NCBI GenBank assembly: GCA_046484135.1
Contig: JAWOBU010000058.1
Location: 1 to 13,033 of the forward strand
Direction: 5' to 3'
From: a bacterium
Lineage (GTDB): Bacteria; RBG-13-61-14; DATKZS01
DNA: 13,033 nucleotides
Both the position numbers and the translations under genes were made by a program. The notes under the pieces are model-generated. The model did not search any database. It worked only from the letters and a program-made list of their open reading frames with translations, and had not been told where the DNA came from. This document shows, piece by piece, positions 6,512-13,033 of the stretch; within the stretch, counting starts at the first letter, position 1, and every line of letters starts with the position of its first letter.

Positions 6512-7993
6512 TTACTGCGCGGGCCGGGGCGCCGTTATGGTTTTCATGGCTTGCGGTTTTATGCCCGCGGCTTTCATGTGTCTCGAGTAGGCTGACCTGT
6601 AACACAGGAAACTGTTCAGGTTCCGGGAGGCGTAAGCCAGGTAATACATTGACTGGGCCTTGACCCGGTGAGCGAGCTTGTCGTCGGGATTGGCATTGAT
6701 GACCACGTCGCACAGCTCGGCGCAGAGCTGGTGCTCTCCCTTTTTCTGAAGCTCGATGGCCCGGTCCAGGATACCGTCCGCGCCCGCGATCCGGACCAGC
6801 TCGCGGGCCTTGTACTTGTCCGGGAGCGGGTTCAATCCGGTTCCTCCTCCCTGGTACCAGCCGGTGTAACCGCGGTAAATGCCCCGCACCGACCAGTCCA
6901 CCTGGCCGTAGTACTCCTGCAGGTAGGGAAGCCCGGCCAGCCGGTCGGGAAGCTCGATCTCGCGCACGGCCTGGTCTACGCTCTTGCCCTGGTTTATGCA
7001 CCGCACAGTCTCGTCGTGCACGTACTTTACAGCCTCGCGATAGTTCTTAAGGTGCCGGCGGATTTTTTCTTTTCCGGAAATAGGGTCGGTATGTCCGGGC
7101 ACCAGGTATTGGGGCTCCAGGTCTATGTACTTTCCCAGCGACTCGATCCAGTCGCGTACCGGCCGAGGTTCCAATAAAGGAGTAGAAAGGTTGGGGAAGG
7201 AGTGATAGTAGTTATCCCCGCTTATGAGGACCTCCTGGTCCGGCAGCCAGACCGCCATCTGGCAGGGGGTCTCGCCGGGCGCGGCAAACAGGACAAAGCG
7301 TTTGCCTCCGAGCGAGAACTCGAGCTCGTTCTCGAAGGTTTGGGTGGGAGGTACGATCTCGGGCCACTCCCTTTCCATCATCAGGGTTATGTCGCTCTGC
7401 ACCGGAAGAGGAAAGGCGTATTCCGGCTCGATGAACCCGAACTGGATGGCGCGGGACCGGTTGATATGCTCGGTCAGGAGCTCGCTCTGATAGTGCTGGT
7501 ACTCCTTGAACACGTTGGTGGCGATGACCTCGACTCCCTCGTGGTAGAACACGCTCGAGCCCAGGGTATGGTCCTGGTGGCTGTGGGTGTAGAGGATGTA
7601 GCGGACAGGCTTTTTCGTGATGTTGCGGAAGATGGACAGGACCTCGCGGGCGGCTTCCCGGCTCACGCCGGTGTCAACTATGACCAGGCCGTCGTCGGTT
7701 ATGACCATGACGATGGTTCCAAAGCCGTAGCCTACTGCGGCGTAAACGTCGTCGTTCACTTTCACGGTCTCGGGACCCAGCATGGTGCCCAGCATAGGCC
7801 CCACGTCGGAGACGAACTCCACGGAAAGGCTCGGGTCCTGCGGCGGGGTGTACTCGAGTGCCGACTCCCCCGGCTGTTCCGGCTCCCGGACCACTGTTTC
7901 AGGGGAGTGCCACTTGATGCAGCCCACAACTGCGGCAAGAATAACGCCGCATGAGACCCCCAGGACAAACACCGCAGATGCTTTGATGTTCAT
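6512..7993 (-). CDS. Alkyl/aryl-sulfatase-like metallo-beta-lactamase-fold hydrolase (SdsA/BDS1 family), predicted lipoprotein
   Basis: Start ATG at 7993 after SD AAGGAGG; 493 aa. Motifs YTHSHQDH (HxHxDH), APGET, ISGDNYYHSFPNL, LVPGH and YLQEYYGQVDWSVRGIY..YTGWY (dimerisation region). Signal peptide ends in lipobox VVGC. Confidence 0.85.
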   Translation of the reverse strand: MNIKASAVFVLGVSCGVILAAVVGCIKWHSPETVVREPEQPGESALEYTPPQDPSLSVEFVSDVGPMLGTMLGPETVKVNDDVYAAVGYGFGTIVMVITDDGLVIVDTGVSREAAREVLSIFRNITKKPVRYILYTHSHQDHTLGSSVFYHEGVEVIATNVFKEYQHYQSELLTEHINRSRAIQFGFIEPEYAFPLPVQSDITLMMEREWPEIVPPTQTFENELEFSLGGKRFVLFAAPGETPCQMAVWLPDQEVLISGDNYYHSFPNLSTPLLEPRPVRDWIESLGKYIDLEPQYLVPGHTDPISGKEKIRRHLKNYREAVKYVHDETVRCINQGKSVDQAVREIELPDRLAGLPYLQEYYGQVDWSVRGIYRGYTGWYQGGGTGLNPLPDKYKARELVRIAGADGILDRAIELQKKGEHQLCAELCDVVINANPDDKLAHRVKAQSMYYLAYASRNLNSFLCYRSAYSRHMKAAGIKPQAMKTITAPRPAQ

Positions 7994-8043
7994 GTTTTCC
8001 CTCCTTGGGCGAGTTACAGCAATAACGACTCTTACAAGTTCTA

Positions 8044-8072
8044 TTTTTAGAACCCCGGGCATCTTTTGTCAA
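8044..8072 (-). promoter_or_regulatory. Putative sigma70 promoter for the sulfatase-lpxD unit
   Basis: Minus strand TTGACA (8072-8067), 17 nt spacer, TAAAAA (8049-8044), about 50 nt upstream of the start. Confidence 0.55.
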
Positions 8073-8162
8073 TGCAGGACAAAAGCGGCAGGAAGTGGTT
8101 TGTCTCCGGCGGCTTTGTCTCGACATATTTCTGTTGCAGAGAGGAGGCGATTTTTACGGACT

Positions 8163-9965
8163 TCAGAAAAGCAGCTCCAGGTACCTTGCGATTGCTGTCC
8201 TTGCTTTTGATCTTTGCCTGGCTTGTTCAAGGTAGTCTCTGGTGATTTCGGTGGTGTCCATCTCGATCCTTTTCCAGAAGACCTCTTCCTGGATTCGGGT
8301 GATGAAGGGATCGGGGATGCCTACCAGGTTTTCGCTTTCGATGTAACAGCTTCTAATGGTCAGGTTGAATGATCCTATGATGGTCCATTTTCCGTCAATG
8401 AGGAACTCCTTGGCGTGGAGGTAGGATTTTTGCCGGGCCTGTTTTTCCGGTCCCTTGATTTCGTAGACCCTGATGCCCGCATTTATCAGGTCTTCCAGGT
8501 AATTCAAGGACAGGAAGTAGCCGGTGGAGTAGCCGACTTCCTGGTTGGTCTCCTGGGAGTTCATGAGGACGTGGACCTCGACGCCCCGGCGGGCCGCGTC
8601 GAGCAGTGCGTCTTTCAGGAGGCTGTCGGGCAGGACTATGTACTGTGAGGTGATCAAGATGCGCTCTCTGGCGAGCTGGAAAGCGGTAACCAGGAAATCC
8701 ATGGTGTAGTACTGGTCGAGCCACGGCCGGGACTGCACAAAGCAGACTTCCTTTTTGCCCGGCTCCGTCTTTTGTTCTCCCTCCAGGTCGGTGATGTCGA
8801 GGTTCCTTCTCTGGTTTGCTGCAAAGAGGTTAAAGCTTTGTAAAAACCCTTTCCTTATGTCCTTCACCACCGGTCCTTCCAGGTAGACGTCCTTGTCTAT
8901 CCAGTAGGTGAAGTACTTGTCCTCCAGGTTGCGGCCTCCCACCACCGCCTTGTCCGCGTCCACGGTCAGAATCTTCTCATGCACGGCATAGGAAAGCATG
9001 GGCAGGGAAGGCAGTCCCCCTGGTCCGCTGAACCCGTACATCCATTCCGGCGAGCGGGCCTGGTCCCACTTTTCCAGTTCCCGCCGGTCCCGCACCATCT
9101 TTTCCAGCCACTTGCGGGACCTTTTGCCGTTCTGGACCGGACGGGGTTCTTGTCCCAGGATGGCCTTGTCGTCTACCAGTATAAGGTTGACCTTTTGTTT
9201 GTCGTTCTCCCGGGCCAGCTTTTCCAACTCGGGAAGGTCCCGGGACAGCTCCGTGAGGGCCTGCCGGTTGTCCTCTATTTCTCCCCGCTTGCTCTTTAAG
9301 CCGAGCTGAAGGGTGGTGAGGGGCGAGACAGCTATCTGGGTGCTCATGTTTATGATGAGGTTCACCTCCACGCCTTCCCCCGCTTTCATCAGCATCGCTT
9401 CCAACAGCTCGCCGGACCATCCGCTCGATGATATGAAATAGGTCTGAAGATTGATCTGCTTTTGGGCCTTTTTTATCATCTCCATCCGTTTTTTAAAGGC
9501 GTGCTCTCCTTCGGTCAGGACCTCGACGCGGTTGCCCGGCACCATGGCGGTATTGCCCGCCTTCTGGAGAGCGGCACGGCCCTCGGAAGAGGAGATGTCC
9601 CCGCCGTAACGAGGGCGCTGATAGGTAATTCCCAGCCGGGCGTGGCCGGTGGCTGATTTGCCTTGCGAGTCCGTGGCCACCAAGGGCAGCTCATAGACGC
9701 CCGGGTCGGTTAGCAACGGCACCCGGATGCCGGCGCTGTAGATGGCATTCCCGTTATCGTCCCGGTTGCCTTCCGGTTCCAGTGGCAGTTGCAGTTGCTC
9801 GCCTTCGGAAAGACACGTAAGGTCCAAGAGCACCTGCGTAATAGAACTCCCTTTAGCCGCCGGGCTGACAGCCGCGGATACGCGTGCGGAACCTTTCCCG
9901 TCGTTGGGTACGGTGTCCGGCTCCAGGGAAACCTTTTCGATCGTTATGTCCGGTGGTTTGGCCAT
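8163..9965 (-). CDS. Phospholipase D / cardiolipin synthase-like protein with N-terminal Ig-like beta-rich domain
   Basis: Two HKD motifs: HEKILTVD...GGRN and HAKEFLID...GSFN. Also GNRVEVL, DKDVYLEGP and LLDAARRGVEVHVL, typical of Cls-like PLDs. The first ~115 aa are beta-rich with no TM helices. Confidence 0.85.
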   Translation of the reverse strand: MAKPPDITIEKVSLEPDTVPNDGKGSARVSAAVSPAAKGSSITQVLLDLTCLSEGEQLQLPLEPEGNRDDNGNAIYSAGIRVPLLTDPGVYELPLVATDSQGKSATGHARLGITYQRPRYGGDISSSEGRAALQKAGNTAMVPGNRVEVLTEGEHAFKKRMEMIKKAQKQINLQTYFISSSGWSGELLEAMLMKAGEGVEVNLIINMSTQIAVSPLTTLQLGLKSKRGEIEDNRQALTELSRDLPELEKLARENDKQKVNLILVDDKAILGQEPRPVQNGKRSRKWLEKMVRDRRELEKWDQARSPEWMYGFSGPGGLPSLPMLSYAVHEKILTVDADKAVVGGRNLEDKYFTYWIDKDVYLEGPVVKDIRKGFLQSFNLFAANQRRNLDITDLEGEQKTEPGKKEVCFVQSRPWLDQYYTMDFLVTAFQLARERILITSQYIVLPDSLLKDALLDAARRGVEVHVLMNSQETNQEVGYSTGYFLSLNYLEDLINAGIRVYEIKGPEKQARQKSYLHAKEFLIDGKWTIIGSFNLTIRSCYIESENLVGIPDPFITRIQEEVFWKRIEMDTTEITRDYLEQARQRSKARTAIARYLELLF

Positions 9966-10051
9966 TTGGGTGGCATCGTTTTAAAGCAGGGCCTCGGGGC
10001 TTCCGTGCATGTCCCTGCCACTGCCCGTGTCTCTGATACAGCGGGAGCTTT

Positions 10052-10498
10052 CTACTCCGACAGCGGAGCTTTTTGTCCCTCCCCCACCACGAACTTCGCT
10101 TTAAAGTACTTCTTCTTTATGTCAGGCGCCTCTTCTTGCAGCCACTTCTCCAGCCCCACTTTTTTTATCCGGCACAGGTTGTACAGCTTGATGTTATGGG
10201 GGTACCGGTCCGCCTGGTCGGCCACCGGCGCCAGGAGCTCGCACGGGAAATCCTCGCACTCGCAGCAGAGAAACACCTGTTTTTGCCTGGAGCACTCCAG
10301 GGTCCGGCATCCCTGTTCCGGGATATGGAAATGCTGGCCGTCCTCCTCTCGGCAGCCGCGGCAAGGAACTTCTTCAAGCGCGACCCCCATCTTCTCGTGG
10401 ATCACCTGCTTGAGCTTGTCGGAGATGTTGTCCGCGAAAAGCTCGCATCTCTGGCAATCCAGCCCGCACGGAGCCACCAGGTCCTTTTTCAGCTCCAT
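10052..10498 (-). CDS. DUF3795-like cysteine-rich (probable metal-binding) protein
   Basis: APCGLDCQRC, CRGCR, C..LEC, LCCECEDFPC and NLCRIKKVGLEKWL; SD AGGAG upstream. Confidence 0.85.
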   Translation of the reverse strand: MELKKDLVAPCGLDCQRCELFADNISDKLKQVIHEKMGVALEEVPCRGCREEDGQHFHIPEQGCRTLECSRQKQVFLCCECEDFPCELLAPVADQADRYPHNIKLYNLCRIKKVGLEKWLQEEAPDIKKKYFKAKFVVGEGQKAPLSE

Positions 10499-10579
10499 TC
10501 AAACTCTCCTTGTGTGCATGCGGATGATGTTATCATTTCCAACAGCTTATGACAACAGGAAGACGGAGCCGAACCGGGT

Positions 10580-10608
10580 TTGACAAGGCGTCGGTTGTAT
10601 GGTATTAA
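10580..10608 (+). promoter_or_regulatory. Sigma70 promoter of the F0 atp operon
   Basis: TTGACA (10580-10585), 17 nt spacer, TATTAA (10603-10608), with extended -10 TGn at 10600-10602. Confidence 0.75.
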
Positions 10609-10683
10609 AAGGACACTTTATGTTTGCGGGGCTGTTATAAAGAAGGGCTTGGTAGTCAAGCGGGAGAGGTGTTGGAATTTATA

Positions 10684-10968
10684 ATGGTCCCGGACAAAGA
10701 CGCAAGAGCACAAAAGCGCAAGCAGTACCGGGAGCTTCTCGGTTATAGCGCCTTGGGCCTGGAGATGGGCTTCGCCATCGGCATCGGCGCCATCAGCGGT
10801 TACTACCTGGACGAGTGGATAGGATGGACCAAGCCGTGGCTTACGCTCTTGTTCATGTTCTTCGGGATCGCGGCCGCGGGCAAAGCCTTCTGGCGGGTGG
10901 CGAAGCAGTTAAAGGAAGAGATAGACAGGCAGGAAAAAGAGAAGGAGGACGACCATCGCGGTCCATAA
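10684..10968 (+). CDS. atpZ: AtpZ/AtpI-family small membrane protein (ATPase gene 1)
   Basis: SALGLEMGFAIGIGAISGYYLDEWIGWTKPWLTLLFMFFGIAAAG matches the two-TM G..LD...T.PW family pattern; first gene of the atp operon. Start uncertain (GTG 10669, TTG 10672 or ATG 10684). Confidence 0.85.
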   Translation: MVPDKDARAQKRKQYRELLGYSALGLEMGFAIGIGAISGYYLDEWIGWTKPWLTLLFMFFGIAAAGKAFWRVAKQLKEEIDRQEKEKEDDHRGP

Positions 10969-10997
10969 ACCCGGAACAAGAGAAGATCATAAAGGAC

Positions 10998-11348
10998 ATG
11001 GCTTACGGCGTCCTGGCCTATACGGTTGTGCTGGGCGCGGGCTCTTCGGTTCTATTTGATCCCCGGTTCTGTTTCGGGGTGTTGGTAGGCGGTATTTTCA
11101 CCTACTTGAATTTTTCCTGGCTTTGTACTATAGTGAAAAAAGTTTTGACCGGCGAAAGCGGTGGGCTTGCTTTCGCAGCAAGCATGGTTATAAAGACCCT
11201 TTTCGCCTACGGCACAGTCGGAGTCCTGATTTACTTCGAGCTGGTAGAAGCGATACCATTTATAGTCGGGCTTACGAGCCTGGTAGTTAGTGTTTTCGTA
11301 GTAGGCCTACGCTGGCACTATATACTTAGCCAGAACCGGATCCGGTAA
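10998..11348 (+). CDS. atpI: ATP synthase subunit I (4-TM accessory protein)
   Basis: Four hydrophobic segments, GVLVGGIFTYLNFSWL and FIVGLTS, directly upstream of atpB. Start uncertain (ATG 10998 or ATA 10965). Confidence 0.8.
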   Translation: MAYGVLAYTVVLGAGSSVLFDPRFCFGVLVGGIFTYLNFSWLCTIVKKVLTGESGGLAFAASMVIKTLFAYGTVGVLIYFELVEAIPFIVGLTSLVVSVFVVGLRWHYILSQNRIR

Positions 11349-11417
11349 GTCGCAGCAGGGGAGTTTTCCCCTGATCCTGAATAGGAGAGGTGTAAGCAAA
11401 GCTAAAGGAGTAGAAGT

Positions 11418-12194
11418 ATGCATGGATTTAGCTGGGCCACGTTGATATTCGGCCCGGGACCGCACTGGAACTCGCCCTGGTACCAGGAGATTATGGGCAT
11501 TGTCAAACCTGCTTTGACCCTGGATCCGCTGTTTCACGCGGTTGTCACCGCCCTTATCCTGCTGGCGATCATTCTCGTGATTCGTTCGCGGGCGCGGTCC
11601 CAAGCCGACGACATACTGCCGGAAGGCAGGCTCACCCTGCTGAATGTTTTCGAGCTGGGCCTCGAGTGGCTCCTCGGGATGATGGAAGACATCATCGGAC
11701 CACACTATAAGAAGTACACTCCCCTGATTGCGGGGACCTTCTTTTACATACTGGTGGCCAACCTGCTGGGGCTGGTTCCTTACTTCGCCCCGGCTACGGA
11801 TAAATGGAGCATAACCATTTCCATGGCCATCGTGGTCTTTTTCGCGACCCATATTTACGGGATCCAGGCGCACGGCATGGGCTATTTCAAACATTTTATC
11901 AGCCCGGTCTGGCCGCCCAGTCCGATCTTATGGGTCCTGTCCATCATCTATCTTCCCATCGAGGTCATCAGCCACCTGGCCCGGGTGCTTTCGCTCTCCC
12001 TCCGTCTTATGGCCAACATGACCGCGGACCATACCGTCCTGACCATCTTCCTTATGCTGAGCCCCATGTTGATACCGGCCATATTCTACGGACTCGGAGT
12101 GCTGATCTGCCTCATTCAGGCTTTCATCTTCACGGCCCTCACCATAGTCTATTTCTCCATGGCCGTGGCGCACGAGGAAGGGGAAGAGCATTAA
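11418..12194 (+). CDS. atpB: F0F1 ATP synthase subunit a
   Basis: FFYILVANLLGLVP, PIEVISHLARVLSLSLRLMANM (essential Arg) and IQAFIFTALTIVY; SD AAGGAG. Confidence 0.97.
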   Translation: MHGFSWATLIFGPGPHWNSPWYQEIMGIVKPALTLDPLFHAVVTALILLAIILVIRSRARSQADDILPEGRLTLLNVFELGLEWLLGMMEDIIGPHYKKYTPLIAGTFFYILVANLLGLVPYFAPATDKWSITISMAIVVFFATHIYGIQAHGMGYFKHFISPVWPPSPILWVLSIIYLPIEVISHLARVLSLSLRLMANMTADHTVLTIFLMLSPMLIPAIFYGLGVLICLIQAFIFTALTIVYFSMAVAHEEGEEH

Positions 12195-12300
12195 TCATAT
12201 AATTACGACGTTGTCGTAATCGGAAATAAAAAGAGAAAATTTTTATCAAAACAAACAGAAGATAAAAAACGAACAATAAGCTGGAAAGGAGTAGGAGTAA

Positions 12301-12627
12301 ATGAGAAAAAAGGTTCTTATGATGTCGGTTTTCGCTTTCGTGCTTTTCGCGGCCACAGCGGCTTTCGCCCAGGAGGCAGGCCACGGTGCAGAGGGCGCCA
12401 AGTTCTTTGACTATGCGCTGCTGGCAGCCGGCTTCGGAATGGCACTGGCCACCTTCGGCGGCGCTCTCGCCCAGGGCAGGACCGCGGCCGCCGCCATGGA
12501 GGGAATAGCCAGGAACCCCGGCGCTTCCGGGAACATGTTCCTCCCCTTCATCCTGGGACTGGCCCTGATCGAGTCCCTGGTCATCTACTCGCTGATCATC
12601 ATGTTCATGATCCAGGGCAAAATGTAG
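12301..12627 (+). CDS. atpE: F0F1 ATP synthase subunit c with N-terminal signal-peptide-like extension
   Basis: GGALAQG...EGIARNP loop and LALIESLVIY (ion-binding Glu91); SD AGGAG. Confidence 0.97.
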   Translation: MRKKVLMMSVFAFVLFAATAAFAQEAGHGAEGAKFFDYALLAAGFGMALATFGGALAQGRTAAAAMEGIARNPGASGNMFLPFILGLALIESLVIYSLIIMFMIQGKM

Positions 12628-12646
12628 AAAAGCTTCAAGCCTGAAA

Positions 12647-12686
12647 AAAAAGCCCCGGCCGGGTGTTGTCTCTGCCGGGGCTTTTT
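12647..12686 (+). terminator. Intrinsic (possibly bidirectional) terminator after atpE
   Basis: AAAAAGCCCCGGC (12647-12659), 14 nt loop, GCCGGGGCTTTTT (12674-12686). Confidence 0.85.
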
Positions 12687-12719
12687 CCGTCCGGCAAACC
12701 GCGACAAGGAGGATTAGCC

Positions 12720-13033
12720 ATGGAAACCATTGATGCCAAAAACGCAAAGCAGGTCGAGAACCCCCATAACGTGAAGGTCTGCAAACTCTACGATACCGAA
12801 CACGCTCAGGCTGTCCACATCACCCTCGAGCCGGGAGAGAAGCTAAAAAAGCATATCACTTCCGTAGACGTGTTCTTTTACGTGCTGGAAGGAAAAGGGG
12901 TTGTAGAAATCGGGGACGAGAAAAAAGAAGTCGGCCCCGACACCCTGATAAACAGCCCGGCGAAAATTCCTCATTGCTGGTACAATGAAAGCGAAGCGGT
13001 GTTGAGGATTCTGGTGGTGAAAGCGTCCCGCCC
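12720..13033 (+). CDS. Cupin domain protein (3' end truncated by the window edge)
   Basis: SD AAGGAGG at 12706-12712. Hand translation METIDAKNAKQVENPHNVKVCKLYDTEHAQAVHITLEPGEKLKKHITSVDVFFYVLEGKGVVEIGDEKKEVGPDTLINSPAKIPHCWYNES... contains both cupin motifs. Absent from the ORF track because no stop is in the window. Confidence 0.88.
   Translation, partial: METIDAKNAKQVENPHNVKVCKLYDTEHAQAVHITLEPGEKLKKHITSVDVFFYVLEGKGVVEIGDEKKEVGPDTLINSPAKIPHCWYNESEAVLRILVVKASR

Noticed and set aside
5040..6590. 516-aa plus-strand ORF
   Set aside because: Antisense shadow of lpxD and the MshEN gene in GC-rich DNA; no recognisable motifs.
6498..7001. 168-aa N-terminal extension of the LpxD ORF (apparent fusion)
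   Set aside because: Overlaps the sulfatase in another frame and has R/G/P-rich composition; a good SD precedes the ATG at 6497.
10038..10072. Short direct repeat ACAGCGG(G)AGCTTT around the DUF3795 stop
   Set aside because: Only two short copies, one inside coding sequence; no supportable function.
9789..10583. 264-aa plus-strand ORF, and similarly 4118..4918, 7202..7954 and 12139..12747
   Set aside because: All lie antisense to confidently assigned genes and lack motifs.
10815..10964. Long N-terminus of the atpI ORF
   Set aside because: Overlaps atpZ out of frame and does not resemble AtpI.
1..13033. CRISPR array, tRNA/rRNA, IS element or retron ncRNA
   Set aside because: No regularly spaced repeats, RNA-gene hallmarks, transposase or reverse transcriptase were seen; intergenic gaps are all short.

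Overview
GC-rich chromosomal window from a Gram-negative bacterium, probably a deltaproteobacterium (Desulfobacterota/Myxococcota-like; inferred from lpxD, an MshEN-domain protein and a split atpZ-atpI-atpB-atpE operon). It begins with the 3' end of an unidentified gene and a soluble ABC-class ATPase. Next is an AT-richer ~2.3 kb restriction-modification cassette, in which an HTH-fused alpha-class SPPY (probable m4C) methyltransferase converges on an Eco29kI-family GIY-YIG endonuclease. A minus-strand run follows: MshEN/GAF-like protein, lpxD, an alkyl/aryl-sulfatase-like lipoprotein, an Ig-like/PLD fusion and a DUF3795-like Cys-rich protein. The window ends with a divergent F0 ATP synthase operon, its terminator and a truncated cupin gene. 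The most notable element is the R-M cassette: its nuclease/methylase pairing looks atypical, it carries a fused excisionase-like regulator with candidate operator repeats and an SD-sequestering inverted repeat, and it is bracketed by degenerate direct repeats. All assignments come from reading motifs by eye; no searches were run.
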